Notes: generated by a model not told the origin, from the sequence alone. A stretch of DNA of 44,333 nt from Thermotogota bacterium (GCA_051748045.1 JBNJGY010000012.1:1-44333), one strand, 5' to 3'. Positions 1 through 10,151 are shown, numbered from the stretch's first letter. Numbers and translations are program-made.

Positions 1-208
1 AAGGGCCATAGAAACTTAAACCGCCTTATATTAGGCAAGGTTGGAAAGGTGAGGTAAGAGCTCACCAGTATCAGGGTAACCTGATAGCTTGGTAACCCCC
101 ATCTGGAGCAAGACCAAAAATGAAGGTAGGTTGCCCGCTTAATCCTTCAAGGTAGGTCGCTTAGATAGATGATCGACTTATAACAGAATCTGGCTTATAG
201 TTCTACTT
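1..208 (+). ncRNA. rnpB: RNase P RNA (bacterial type A), 5'-truncated by the window edge
   Basis: Conserved blocks AGGGCCATAGAAA, GGTAAGAG (L13), GGTAACCCCCATCTGGAGCAAG and 3' ACAGAATCTGGCTTAT. Helices P13 (ggtgag/ctcacc), P14 (tatcagg-gtaa-cctgata), P15 (gacc 112-115/ggtc 155-158) and P16 (tgaagg/ccttca) all pair. Confidence 0.96.
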
Positions 209-236
209 AAAAAAATCCCCCTTTTAAAAGGGGGAT
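209..236. terminator. Intrinsic terminator between convergent rnpB and thrS
   Basis: Perfect palindrome atcccccttttaaaagggggat (215-236), with an A-run on the left that gives a U-tract on the minus strand. Confidence 0.85.
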
Positions 237-242
237 ATAATT

Positions 243-2162
243 TTAATAACTCAAATTTAAATCTCTATTAGAAATTTCATTTTTTATTGTTTTAATAAAA
301 TCATCGACTTTTATATCGTTTACATTTTTATTATCTCTAGTTCTAATGTTTATAGAATCACTTTTAGCTTCTTTTTCACCATAAACAATCATATATGGGA
401 TTTTCTTCATCTGTTCTTCTCTAATTTTGTATCCAACTGTCGCATCTGATATATTAAGGCTTACTCTAATTCCTTCTCTTTTTAATTTATTGGCAAATTC
501 TGATGCTTGATCATTGAATTTTTCTGATACAGAAATAATTGATACCTGTTCAGGAGATAACCAAGTAGGAAAAGCACCTGCAAAATTTTCTATTAATATG
601 CCAAAAAATCTCTCTACAGAACCAAAAATTGCTCTATGTAACATAACAGGTCTAACATGTTCATTGTTTTCATCAATATAAGTAATATCAAATCTTTCTG
701 GCATTTGAAAATCAAGTTGCAAAGTAGCACATTGCCATTTTCTTCCTAAAGAATCAGTAACGTAGAAATCTATCTTTGGTCCATAAAAAGCTCCATCCCC
801 TTCATTAATTATGTAAGGTACATTTTTTTTATCAAGGGCACCTTTTAAAGAATCTATAGCTTTATCCCAAGTTTCTACATCACCCATGTGGTCATCAGGC
901 ATTGTTGAAAGGTTTGCTTCATATTCAAATCCAAAAGTTGAATATAATTCATCTGTCAGATTCATAACGCTAACTAGTTCCTGTTCTATTTGGTCATTTG
1001 TACAGAATATATGTGCATCATCTTGTGTAAAATATCTAACTCTAAAAAGGCCATGTAAAACACCACTTCTTTCATATCTATGTACTTTTCCAAATTCAAA
1101 CATTCTAATAGGTAAATCTCTATAACTCTTCATATCATTTTTAAAAGCTATGATATGTCCCGGACAGTTCATAGGTTTTACAGCCATTTCAGTTTCTTCT
1201 TTTTCTGTAAAATACATGTTTTCTTTGTAATGGTCCCAATGACCAGATTTATGCCACAAATCAACGTTCATAATTAAAGGTGTTTGTATTTCAAAATAGC
1301 CATATTTTTCGTGTATTTCTCTAGAAAAATCAAACAACTCACTCAAAGCCTTAGAACCTCTTTTTAAAAAGAAAGGCATTCCAGGAGCTACATCTGGATC
1401 AATCATAAATAGATCAAGTCTTGGACCAATTTTTCTATGATCTCTCTTTTTAGCTTCTTCCAAAAAATCTAAATATTCATCTAACTCTTTTTTCTTAGGG
1501 AAAGCTGTAGCGTAAATTCTTTGAAGCATCTTATTATTTTCATCGCCTCTCCAATAAGCACCCGAAACCGATAACAATTTAAACTGTTTAACAAAACCTG
1601 TAGAAGGTAAATGAGGACCTTTACAGAGATCAGCGAATTCACCTACTCTATATATACTAACTACATCCTCATCGATATCTTCAATTAATTCTAATTTATA
1701 AGGTTCATCTTTGAAAATTTTTTTTGCTTCATCTTTAGAAACTGTTTCATGAGATATTTCATGATTTTCTTTAACTATTTTTTTCATTTCTTGCTCAATT
1801 TTTGGAAAATCTTCTTCAGCAATTTTTTGATCTAAATCAAAATCATAATAAAAGCCATTTTGAATAACTGGACCTATAGCAATTTTTACATTACTATGTC
1901 CATAAATTCTTTTAACAGCTAAAGCCATTATATGAGCCAGTGTATGTCTATAAATTGTTGGAGCTTCTTCATCTTTTAAAGTGACAATTTTAAGAGATGA
2001 ATCTTCATTTATTGGGGTATTTAAATCAAGCAATTTTCCATTTATTAATGCTCCAATTGAATTTCTAAATAATCCTTGAGATATCGATTTAGCAATATCT
2101 GCAGGAGTTATACCCTTTTTGTACTCTTTAACACTACCATCTGGTAATTTAATTTCTATCAT
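243..2162 (-). CDS. thrS: Threonine--tRNA ligase
   Basis: N-terminal TGS domain (IKLPDGS), editing motifs HTLAH and DLCKGPH, KPMNCPGH, FTQDDAHIF, GAFYGPKID, LHRAIFGSVERF. Confidence 0.98.
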   Translation of the reverse strand: MIEIKLPDGSVKEYKKGITPADIAKSISQGLFRNSIGALINGKLLDLNTPINEDSSLKIVTLKDEEAPTIYRHTLAHIMALAVKRIYGHSNVKIAIGPVIQNGFYYDFDLDQKIAEEDFPKIEQEMKKIVKENHEISHETVSKDEAKKIFKDEPYKLELIEDIDEDVVSIYRVGEFADLCKGPHLPSTGFVKQFKLLSVSGAYWRGDENNKMLQRIYATAFPKKKELDEYLDFLEEAKKRDHRKIGPRLDLFMIDPDVAPGMPFFLKRGSKALSELFDFSREIHEKYGYFEIQTPLIMNVDLWHKSGHWDHYKENMYFTEKEETEMAVKPMNCPGHIIAFKNDMKSYRDLPIRMFEFGKVHRYERSGVLHGLFRVRYFTQDDAHIFCTNDQIEQELVSVMNLTDELYSTFGFEYEANLSTMPDDHMGDVETWDKAIDSLKGALDKKNVPYIINEGDGAFYGPKIDFYVTDSLGRKWQCATLQLDFQMPERFDITYIDENNEHVRPVMLHRAIFGSVERFFGILIENFAGAFPTWLSPEQVSIISVSEKFNDQASEFANKLKREGIRVSLNISDATVGYKIREEQMKKIPYMIVYGEKEAKSDSINIRTRDNKNVNDIKVDDFIKTIKNEISNRDLNLSY

Positions 2163-2563
2163 TCTTTATCACTCCTGTTATCTTCGTATTTTATATATGG
2201 TTTTAAATTAATAACATTCAAAAAACAATTTTTTTTATTATCATATGCAAATTGCATAGAATTATAGTTAACATAAACTAATAAGAGATTTTGGAATAAC
2301 CAAAAGTAAATATTTAATTTTAAAAAATATATCATTAACAAAAATCCAACAGTCAAAATTAAAGGGTAAGATATAGAATTTTTTAAATTATTTTCTTTTA
2401 AATGATCGTTATACATAACATAAATTCCAGTTATAAAAATAAATTGCGTTAAAAAATACAAAACAATAGATAAATATGAATTTTGAGAACTATTACTGGA
2501 ATCAACAAAACTACTGAATAAAGATAAAAGAAAAAATATTGAATACAATTTATTAAAAATCAT
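2159..2563 (-). CDS. Hypothetical membrane protein (about 4 hydrophobic segments)
   Basis: 134-aa ORF with a GGGGGA SD, lying between prfA and thrS and overlapping the thrS start (ATGA). Confidence 0.7.
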   Translation of the reverse strand: MIFNKLYSIFFLLSLFSSFVDSSNSSQNSYLSIVLYFLTQFIFITGIYVMYNDHLKENNLKNSISYPLILTVGFLLMIYFLKLNIYFWLFQNLLLVYVNYNSMQFAYDNKKNCFLNVINLKPYIKYEDNRSDKE

Positions 2564-2584
2564 GAAATCCCCCCATGCAAATTA

Positions 2585-3655
2585 TTAAATATCTACTTTT
2601 TCTAATTTATTCATTAAATCTCTTTCTGTTAAAGCATCTATTAATTCATCTATGTCTCCATCCATAATGGCCTCTATTCTATGAGTGGTATAATTAACTC
2701 TATGGTCAGTTACTCTGTTTTGTGGGAAATTATATGTTCTTATTTTTTCACTTCTATCCCCTGTCCCAATTTGAGATTTTCTTTCATTTGACATTTCTTT
2801 ATTTTGTTTTTCTAATTCTTTTTCAAAAAGTTTTGTTCTTAATATATTCATTGCAGTATCTTTATTCTGATGTTGGGATCTACCATTTTGACATGTAACA
2901 ACTATACCTGTTGGCTCGTGTGTTATCCTTACAGCTGAGTCAGTTTTATTAACGTGTTGACCCCCAGCTCCTCCAGCTCTATAAGTATCAATCCTTAAAT
3001 CGTTGTCATTTATATGAATATCAATATTGGTTACTTCTGGTAAAACAGCTACTGTGGCTGTAGAAGTATGTATTCTTCCAGAGGATTCTGTTTGAGGAAC
3101 TCTTTGAACTCTATGTACTCCTGATTCATATTTAAGCTTTTCGTAAACATTCTTACCTTTTATTTTTATTACAGCCGTTTTTAGGCCGCCTATACCATTA
3201 TCAGTTATATCTAAGGATTCGTATTTCCAATTTTTTCTTTCAGCATATCTCATGTATAATCTCATTAGCTCTTGTGCAAAAAGACCTGCCTCATCTCCAC
3301 CAGCGCCAGCTCTTATTTCCATAACAATATTTCTCTCATCATATTGCCCTTTTGGTACTAATAACTTAATAATATCTTTTTCAAGTTTAATCATATTTGT
3401 TTCTAATTCTTCTTTCATGGATGCATATTCTTCATCTGATATTTCTCCCTCAGAATGCATATCGTGAAGAGCTTCTAAATCCTCTTTATTTTGAGTGTAT
3501 TCAGAATATTTATTGTTTAATTCAGTCAAATTATTATGCTCTATCCCTAATTTTTGTAATTTTTCTGGTGAATTTGCAGTTTTTGGATTAGCTAGTTCTT
3601 TTTCAACATTTTTTAGTTTATTTAAAATACTCTCTCTAAATGCTAATAAGTCCAA
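2585..3655 (-). CDS. prfA: Peptide chain release factor 1
   Basis: EIRAGAGGDEA, ESGVHRVQRVPQT (RF1 PxT motif), GGQ, IRTYNFPQNRVTDHR. TTG start with a GGAGG SD. Confidence 0.97.
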   Translation of the reverse strand: MDLLAFRESILNKLKNVEKELANPKTANSPEKLQKLGIEHNNLTELNNKYSEYTQNKEDLEALHDMHSEGEISDEEYASMKEELETNMIKLEKDIIKLLVPKGQYDERNIVMEIRAGAGGDEAGLFAQELMRLYMRYAERKNWKYESLDITDNGIGGLKTAVIKIKGKNVYEKLKYESGVHRVQRVPQTESSGRIHTSTATVAVLPEVTNIDIHINDNDLRIDTYRAGGAGGQHVNKTDSAVRITHEPTGIVVTCQNGRSQHQNKDTAMNILRTKLFEKELEKQNKEMSNERKSQIGTGDRSEKIRTYNFPQNRVTDHRVNYTTHRIEAIMDGDIDELIDALTERDLMNKLEKVDI

Positions 3656-3853
3656 TTTATTATCCCTCCATTTTTTATTTTAATTATACCATAATAGTAA
3701 ATACTGATATGTAAAAAAAGAAAAAATATATGTAAATAAAAGAAGTTAAATTCAGTTATTTTCTAACACATGAAATCTTCTCAAAGAGTTTACAAAATAT
3801 TATTTTCATTTAAAAAAATAAAAAGTAAAATAGTAAGAGCTGAGGTGATATTT

Positions 3854-4411
3854 TTGTACAATGAAAATTTAACTAGTGAAAAACTAGTTTTTGAAATTGA
3901 TAAAATAGAAAAAAGACTAACCAAACATATTTCAATAGATGAGTGGGATAAAATAGACACTCTAAACGATACAGCGAAAATATTAGAGCCTGTTGAAGTT
4001 AATATTGAAATAAAAAAAACTTCCAAAGGGTTTGATCTTTTTGGTGATGTGAAAACAAAATTATTAATTAAATGTTCAAGATGTTTAAAAGCTTTTGAAT
4101 ATGAAGTTGAAAATGAAATACTTGCATACTACATAAATAAAGGATTTGAGAAAGAATTGAATAAAACAGAGCATCTTTCTTCTTTAGAAAATATAATTTA
4201 TTACGAAAAGGACTCAATTGATTTGACAGATAGAGTTATAGAGGCTATAATATTAGCTGTGCCCGAAAAACCTTTATGCAATAAAAATTGTAAAGGTTTA
4301 TGTCCTATTTGTGGTGAAGATTTGAACGAAAACCCTAATCATTCTTGTGAAAAAGATGAAGTGGACCCAAGATTAAAAGATCTTTTGAAACTAATAGATA
4401 AAAAAGATTAA
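3854..4411 (+). CDS. yceD: YceD/DUF177 family large-subunit rRNA accumulation protein
   Basis: CSRCL and CxxxCKGLCPICG motifs, C-terminal DPRL, directly upstream of rpmF. Start moved to TTG 3854, after the GAGGTG SD at 3842-3847. Confidence 0.9.
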   Translation: MYNENLTSEKLVFEIDKIEKRLTKHISIDEWDKIDTLNDTAKILEPVEVNIEIKKTSKGFDLFGDVKTKLLIKCSRCLKAFEYEVENEILAYYINKGFEKELNKTEHLSSLENIIYYEKDSIDLTDRVIEAIILAVPEKPLCNKNCKGLCPICGEDLNENPNHSCEKDEVDPRLKDLLKLIDKKD

Positions 4412-4438
4412 TATAAAATATCAGAGGAGGTAATATAA

Positions 4439-4621
4439 ATGGCTACACCTAAACAAAAACCATCCAGAGCGAGAACTCACAGAAGAAAAGCAAAATTTTA
4501 TTCAGCTATTAAAGTGAACGTGGTGAAATGCCCTAGTTGTGGTGAACCAAAATTACCACATAGAGTTTGTCTAAATTGTGGACAATATGGTGGAAAACAA
4601 GTACTTGAGATTGGTGAATAA
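4439..4621 (+). CDS. rpmF: 50S ribosomal protein L32 (Zn-ribbon form)
   Basis: MATPKQKPSRARTHRRKA...CPSCGEPKLPHRVCLNCGQY. Confidence 0.97.
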   Translation: MATPKQKPSRARTHRRKAKFYSAIKVNVVKCPSCGEPKLPHRVCLNCGQYGGKQVLEIGE

Positions 4622-4625
4622 TAAT

Positions 4626-5603
4626 ATGATTAATAAAATTGGGTTAGACTTATATGGTGGCGATAATGCACCCGAATCTACGATTCAGGGTGCACTTTTT
4701 GCGTTAAAAAATAATATGTTAAAAGATGCTGAGCTATATATTATTGGAAATGTGGAAGATAAATCTGTTTTCCAAGGGTATGATAATGTTCATTATATAA
4801 ATGCTGAAAATTCTGTGACAAATGAAACAAAACCAAGCAAGGTTAGAAGAATGAAAGAATCATCAATCTACAAAGGTTGTGAAATGTTAAAAATGGAAGA
4901 TTTAGATGCATTTGTTTCTGCTGGGAATACAGGGGCTTTATTGAGTGCAGGAATGTTTGTAGCAGGAAGACTAGAAGGCATAAAAAGGCCTGCTTTAGCT
5001 TTAGCTCTTCCAGGGAGAAACAATAAGCCAAGAGTCTTAATAGATGCTGGTGCCAACTCCGAAGTTAAATCAGAACACTTTTATGATTTTGCAAGAGAAG
5101 GAATAGCCTATGCAAAATTTTTAAATATCAAAAAACCAAGAGTTGGAATTTTAAATATTGGAACCGAAGAAGAAAAAGGAACTACTATTGTCAGAGAAGC
5201 TGCTGAGATTTTAAAAGAAAAAGAGGATATCGATTATGTTGGCTTTATTGAAGCTAGAGATATTTTTAATAACAATTTTGATGTTTTATTAACTGATGGC
5301 TTCACTGGAAATAATGTTTTGAAAACTATAGAAGGAACAGCTTATTATATATTAGACGAATTAAAGGGTGCTGTAAAAAGAGGTGGCTTATTCACAAAAC
5401 TCGGAGCTTTATTGATGAAGAATTCTCTATATTCATTAAAATCAAAAATCGATTATAGACAATATGGAGGAACTTTCTTTTTGGGGGTTAATGGACATTT
5501 AGTGAAAGCACATGGTTCATCAGATGCTGAAGCTATATCGAATGCTATTTATGTTGCAACAAAAGCTTCGAAAGAAAATTTAGTTTCCAAAATTACCCTT
5601 TAA
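4626..5603 (+). CDS. plsX: Phosphate acyltransferase PlsX
   Basis: IGLDLYGGDNAP, SAGNTGA, RPAL, DAGAN, LNIGTEEEKG, DGFTGN, KAHGSS; rpmF-plsX synteny. Start set at ATG 4626. Confidence 0.95.
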   Translation: MINKIGLDLYGGDNAPESTIQGALFALKNNMLKDAELYIIGNVEDKSVFQGYDNVHYINAENSVTNETKPSKVRRMKESSIYKGCEMLKMEDLDAFVSAGNTGALLSAGMFVAGRLEGIKRPALALALPGRNNKPRVLIDAGANSEVKSEHFYDFAREGIAYAKFLNIKKPRVGILNIGTEEEKGTTIVREAAEILKEKEDIDYVGFIEARDIFNNNFDVLLTDGFTGNNVLKTIEGTAYYILDELKGAVKRGGLFTKLGALLMKNSLYSLKSKIDYRQYGGTFFLGVNGHLVKAHGSSDAEAISNAIYVATKASKENLVSKITL

Positions 5604-5619
5604 AGAGGAGGATATTAAA

Positions 5620-7446
5620 TTGTGTGGGATTGTAGGGTTTGTAGGTAAAGATATAAAAATAGAAGATTTAGTTACAGGATTAAAAAAACTTGAATATAGA
5701 GGTTATGATTCAGCAGGAATTGCTTATAACAATGATAACTCAATAGAAATATCTAAAAAAGAAGGAAAAATAGAAATACTAAAAGAACATTTGAATGATA
5801 GTTTGAATAAAAAAATTAAATCTGGTATTGCTCATACAAGATGGGCAACACATGGATCTGTATCTGATAAAAATTCACATCCTCATTCAGGTGAAAAAAA
5901 TGAAATCGTAATAGTTCATAATGGAATAATAGAAAATTATCAAGAACTTAAAGATGATTTAATTGAAGATGGGGTTAAATTTATATCTGATACTGATACT
6001 GAAGTAATAGCTCAAGTTTTAGAAAGAGAATACAATGGAGACCTTTTTGAAACAGTGAGAAAAGCAGTGAGGAAATTTGAAGGTGCTTATGCTATAGGAG
6101 TAATGCATAAAGATGATCCAAATACTATTATAGCAGCAAGAAAAGGGAGTCCTATGGTCATTGCAAATAATGGACATACCTCTATTTTAGCCAGTGATGT
6201 TACCCCTATTCTCAAATATTCAAAAAAAGTTGTTTTTTTAGATGATGGTGAAATTGTTAAACTTAAGCCAGAAAAATATGATATTTATGATTTAGATAAC
6301 AATAAAATAAATAAAGAAGAAATTGAAATAAAGTGGGATGAAACTTTAGCTGAAAAAGGTGGATACGACCATTTTATGGAAAAAGAAATAAACGAACAAC
6401 CTCAAGCAATAAAGTCTGCATTAGCAGGAAGAATAGAAAATGGATATCCAACAATTAAAGAGTTGGAATCAATTAAAGACTTTATAAAAAATAAATTAGA
6501 AAAAATATATATCGTAGCTTGTGGAACTAGTTTCCATGCAGGATATTCTATGAAATATTTAATAGAAGCTTATTCAAATATAAATATTTCTTTAGAGGTA
6601 GCTTCTGAGTTTAGATATATGAACCCTCATGTCGATGAGAAAACTCTTGTGATAGCTGTAAGCCAATCAGGAGAAACAATTGATACATTAGAGGGTATAA
6701 GACTCGCAAAACAAAAAGGAGCCCATGTGTTAGCAATGAGCAATGTTGTAGGCTCAACAATACCTAGAGAATCACATTCTGTTGTCTATATGAATACAGG
6801 TCCAGAAATTGGAGTAGCAGCTACAAAAACATATACTGCTCAAATTGCAATATTATATGCTATAGCAGCTCAAATAATGCTCTGGAAAGATTATTATACT
6901 AATGAAGTAAAAGAAATAATAAAGGAATTAGAATTAATACCAGATATATATAAAGAAATATTAGCTAATAAAGATCACATATTAGAATTGGCAAGAGAAT
7001 ATACTCATTATAAACATATGATGTTTATAGGTAGAGGATTTGGATATACAGCCTCTTTGGAAGGCGCTCTGAAATTAAAAGAAATAAGCTATATAAATGC
7101 AAATGGTTATCAAGCAGGTGAACTAAAACATGGCCCAATTGCACTGTTGGATGAATCATTTCCAGTATTTGCAATAGTTCCCTTCAATGGATTGAGAGAA
7201 AAAATGGTTAGTAATATAATGGAAGTAAAAGCTAGAAAGGCAAGAGTCATTGCCATCAGCACAAAAGGTGATAAAAAAATAAGTAAAATAACTAATGAAT
7301 ACATAGAAGTTCCAAAAACCTCAGAATCCATTTCTCCTTTAACAGTAGCTCCAGTTACACAATTATTTGCATATTATGTAGCAATTTTAAGAAATTTGGA
7401 TCCTGATAAACCAAGAAACTTGGCGAAAAGTGTAACTGTTGAATAG
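5620..7446 (+). CDS. glmS: Glutamine--fructose-6-phosphate aminotransferase
   Basis: MCGIVG, EYRGYDSAG, HTRWATHG, SQSGET, KHGPIAL, C-terminal PRNLAKSVTVE. Confidence 0.98.
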   Translation: MCGIVGFVGKDIKIEDLVTGLKKLEYRGYDSAGIAYNNDNSIEISKKEGKIEILKEHLNDSLNKKIKSGIAHTRWATHGSVSDKNSHPHSGEKNEIVIVHNGIIENYQELKDDLIEDGVKFISDTDTEVIAQVLEREYNGDLFETVRKAVRKFEGAYAIGVMHKDDPNTIIAARKGSPMVIANNGHTSILASDVTPILKYSKKVVFLDDGEIVKLKPEKYDIYDLDNNKINKEEIEIKWDETLAEKGGYDHFMEKEINEQPQAIKSALAGRIENGYPTIKELESIKDFIKNKLEKIYIVACGTSFHAGYSMKYLIEAYSNINISLEVASEFRYMNPHVDEKTLVIAVSQSGETIDTLEGIRLAKQKGAHVLAMSNVVGSTIPRESHSVVYMNTGPEIGVAATKTYTAQIAILYAIAAQIMLWKDYYTNEVKEIIKELELIPDIYKEILANKDHILELAREYTHYKHMMFIGRGFGYTASLEGALKLKEISYINANGYQAGELKHGPIALLDESFPVFAIVPFNGLREKMVSNIMEVKARKARVIAISTKGDKKISKITNEYIEVPKTSESISPLTVAPVTQLFAYYVAILRNLDPDKPRNLAKSVTVE

Positions 7447-7457
7447 GAGGTGTAATT

Positions 7458-7805
7458 TTGATAACAAAAGAAGATATTCTGAAACATGTAGAAAATCTAA
7501 GAGATATATTAGATGAAAAGGATGCTGATGATATAAAAATTATCGATATGGAAAAAACAGCTTTGATGGTAGATTTTTTCATAATCGTTACAGGAAATTC
7601 AGACACTCATATGGCAGCATTAAGGGATTATGTGATACAATACCTAAAGGAACAAGACTTACCTATATCTAATTATGATAAAGGAAAAGGATATGACTGG
7701 ATGACAATTGATGCTGGTTCAATTCTTGTTCATATATTCTCAGAAGAAGGAAGAGAATTTTATGATTTAGAAGGATTATGGGCCGAAGCAGAAAGAATAC
7801 AATAA
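7458..7805 (+). CDS. rsfS: Ribosome silencing factor (Iojap)
   Basis: EKDADDIKIIDM, DFFIIVTGNS, WMTIDAGSILVHIF, REFYDLEGLW. Confidence 0.93.
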   Translation: MITKEDILKHVENLRDILDEKDADDIKIIDMEKTALMVDFFIIVTGNSDTHMAALRDYVIQYLKEQDLPISNYDKGKGYDWMTIDAGSILVHIFSEEGREFYDLEGLWAEAERIQ

Positions 7806-7810
7806 ATTAC

Positions 7811-7886
7811 TCACAACTTTTTGTTTCTTTTACCTCGGTGTCTATTTATAGGCCGGTATAAGTAAGGAAGTTGGAGGCAAAAACCA
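7811..7886 (+). promoter_or_regulatory. rpsB leader RNA (t44 / S2 autoregulatory element)
   Basis: caacttt...ggaagttg outer stem, inner ggtgtctatttataggccggt hairpin and a GGAGGCAAAAACC tail resembling the t44 pattern (GGAGGCATAACC), directly upstream of rpsB. Confidence 0.75.
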
Positions 7887-7904
7887 AATGGAGGTGTATT
7901 TTTA

Positions 7905-8723
7905 GTGTCAGTAGTAAGCATGAAACAATTGTTAGAAGCAGGAGCTCATTTTGGGCATAGAACAAGAAGATGGAATCCGAAGATGAAACCTTATATCTTC
8001 ACAGAAAGAAAAGGTATTCATATCATCGATTTACAAAAAACCTTACAAACTATTGATGATGCATATAATTTTGTAAGAGACAAATCTTCAGAAGGCGCAG
8101 ATGTTTTGTTTGTTGGTACAAAAAAACAAGCTCAACAAATAGTTGCTGATGAAGCAAAAAGATGCGGTGGATATTTTGTTAACAACAGATGGTTAGGTGG
8201 ATTATTAACTAATTTCAAGACTATTAAAAAAAGAATTAATAAATTAGAAGAACTTGAAGAATATGTAGAAACAGAAGATTTCCAAAAATTACCTAAAAAA
8301 GAACAATCAGCTATGAAAAGACAATTAGATAAACTAGAAAAAAACTTAGGTGGTTTAAGAGGATTAAACAAAATGCCTGAAGTTATGTTTTTAGTTGACC
8401 CTAAAAAAGAAGAAATAGCTATTGAAGAAGCAAATAAATTAGGTATTACAACTGTATCTATGCTTGATACCAACTGTGATCCAGATGAAATTGATTATGT
8501 TATTCCAGCAAATGACGATGCTATAAGAACAATTATGCTAATAACATCAAAAATTGCTGATGCAGTAATAGAAGGAAGAGAAGGAAGAGCAGAAAATGCT
8601 GAAGCTGCAAAGAAAAAAGAAGAAAAATCTGAAGAGATACCAGAAGAAATAAATAAAAAATTAGACGCTGAAGATAAATACGAAGAATTTGTAGAAGACA
8701 TTGAAGAAGAAGAAGAAGAATAA
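7905..8723 (+). CDS. rpsB: 30S ribosomal protein S2
   Basis: [38 protein letters not shown]; acidic tail. Confidence 0.98.
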   Translation: MSVVSMKQLLEAGAHFGHRTRRWNPKMKPYIFTERKGIHIIDLQKTLQTIDDAYNFVRDKSSEGADVLFVGTKKQAQQIVADEAKRCGGYFVNNRWLGGLLTNFKTIKKRINKLEELEEYVETEDFQKLPKKEQSAMKRQLDKLEKNLGGLRGLNKMPEVMFLVDPKKEEIAIEEANKLGITTVSMLDTNCDPDEIDYVIPANDDAIRTIMLITSKIADAVIEGREGRAENAEAAKKKEEKSEEIPEEINKKLDAEDKYEEFVEDIEEEEEE

Positions 8724-8737
8724 AAAATAATAATTTC

Positions 8738-8768
8738 ATCCGGCCGCATACATTGTGGCCGGATTTTT
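8738..8768 (+). terminator. Intrinsic terminator/attenuator after rpsB
   Basis: atccggccgca-tacat-tgtggccggat stem followed by TTTT. Confidence 0.8.
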
Positions 8769-8783
8769 AATAAGGAGGTCATT

Positions 8784-10151
8784 ATGAAATTTTATATTAA
8801 AACATTCGGTTGTCAGATGAATGTAAATGAAAGTGAAATAATGACAGGATTATTAGAAAATGAAGGGCATGAATGGACTGAAAATCCAAAGAATGCTGAT
8901 GTGATTCTAATAAATTCCTGTTCGGTAAGAGAAAAGGCAGAAAATAAATTGTACGGTGCTATTGGTAGTTTAGGTAAGCAAAAAAAAGATGGGAAAAAAG
9001 AAGTTATTATAGGTGTTGGTGGATGTTCTGCTGAAAAAGAAAAAGAAAAAATACTAAATAAATTTTCAACAGTTAATTTCGTTTTTGGTACAAGAAATGT
9101 TACTGATGTAGTTAAAATGGTTGAAAGAGCAAAAAAAGGAAAAAGATTTGTAGATTTTAGTGATAAATTAGAAGACTTTACTTCACAATTACCAGTAAAA
9201 CCTACTAGTAAACATCATGGCTGGATTACAATAATACATGGTTGTAATAAATATTGTACTTACTGTATAGTTCCTTATACAAGGGGCCTAGAAAAAAGTA
9301 GAAATTTAAATGATATTCTAAATGAGGCAAAAAAATATTCAATTAATGGGTATAGAGAGATAACATTTTTAGGACAAAACGTTGATTCATATGGAAAAGA
9401 TTTTGGAGATAAGCACCCCAAACTAAATATTTTGATTGAAAAAACAGCAAAAATGGAAAATATTGATAGAATATGGTTTACAACATCTTACCCTACAGAT
9501 ATTACAGATGAATTAATTCAGACGATTAAAAACACTCCTCAAGCTGCTAAATATTTTCATTTACCTGTTCAAACTGGTAGTAATAATATTTTAAAAAAAA
9601 TGAACAGAAAGCATGATAGGCAAGAATATATAGATATGGTAAAGAAAATTCAAAAAGAAGTACCCTATGTAACTATAACAAGTGACTTCATTGTAGGATT
9701 TCCTGGAGAAACTGATGATGACTTTATGGACACAGTTGATTTAGTGAAACAATGTAGATACGATAAAATAAACATTGCAGAGTATTCCCCAAGAGAAGGA
9801 ACTATAGCAGAAAAATATTTAGAAGATGATATTCCTAAACATACAAAAAATAAAAGGTTTCAATATCTGATGAATATACAAAAAGAAATTAATAAAGAAG
9901 AGAATAAAAAATATCTTAATAAAAAATTGAGAATAATTCAAGAATCTCAAACTAAATCAGGGAAATATTTAGGAAGAACATTAAATAACAAAGTAGTCAT
10001 ATTTGAAAGTCAGGAAGATTTAAAAGGTAAATATATAGATGTATTTGTTGATAGAATATCAGCAGGTCCTTTATACGGAAAAATAATAAAGACAGAACTT
10101 GATAAAGAATTTTCCAAAGAAGATAATTATTTAGCTGATATTTTTGATTAA
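8784..10151 (+). CDS. miaB: tRNA methylthiotransferase MiaB
   Basis: TFGCQMN, NSCSVREKAE, radical SAM CNKYCTYC, LGQNVDSYG, C-terminal TRAM domain. Confidence 0.93.
   Translation: MKFYIKTFGCQMNVNESEIMTGLLENEGHEWTENPKNADVILINSCSVREKAENKLYGAIGSLGKQKKDGKKEVIIGVGGCSAEKEKEKILNKFSTVNFVFGTRNVTDVVKMVERAKKGKRFVDFSDKLEDFTSQLPVKPTSKHHGWITIIHGCNKYCTYCIVPYTRGLEKSRNLNDILNEAKKYSINGYREITFLGQNVDSYGKDFGDKHPKLNILIEKTAKMENIDRIWFTTSYPTDITDELIQTIKNTPQAAKYFHLPVQTGSNNILKKMNRKHDRQEYIDMVKKIQKEVPYVTITSDFIVGFPGETDDDFMDTVDLVKQCRYDKINIAEYSPREGTIAEKYLEDDIPKHTKNKRFQYLMNIQKEINKEENKKYLNKKLRIIQESQTKSGKYLGRTLNNKVVIFESQEDLKGKYIDVFVDRISAGPLYGKIIKTELDKEFSKEDNYLADIFD

Noticed and set aside
5604-5619. glmS ribozyme
   Set aside because: Only 16 nt separate plsX and glmS, leaving no room.
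8703-8720. (GAA)6 tandem repeat
   Set aside because: It simply encodes the poly-Glu tail of S2.
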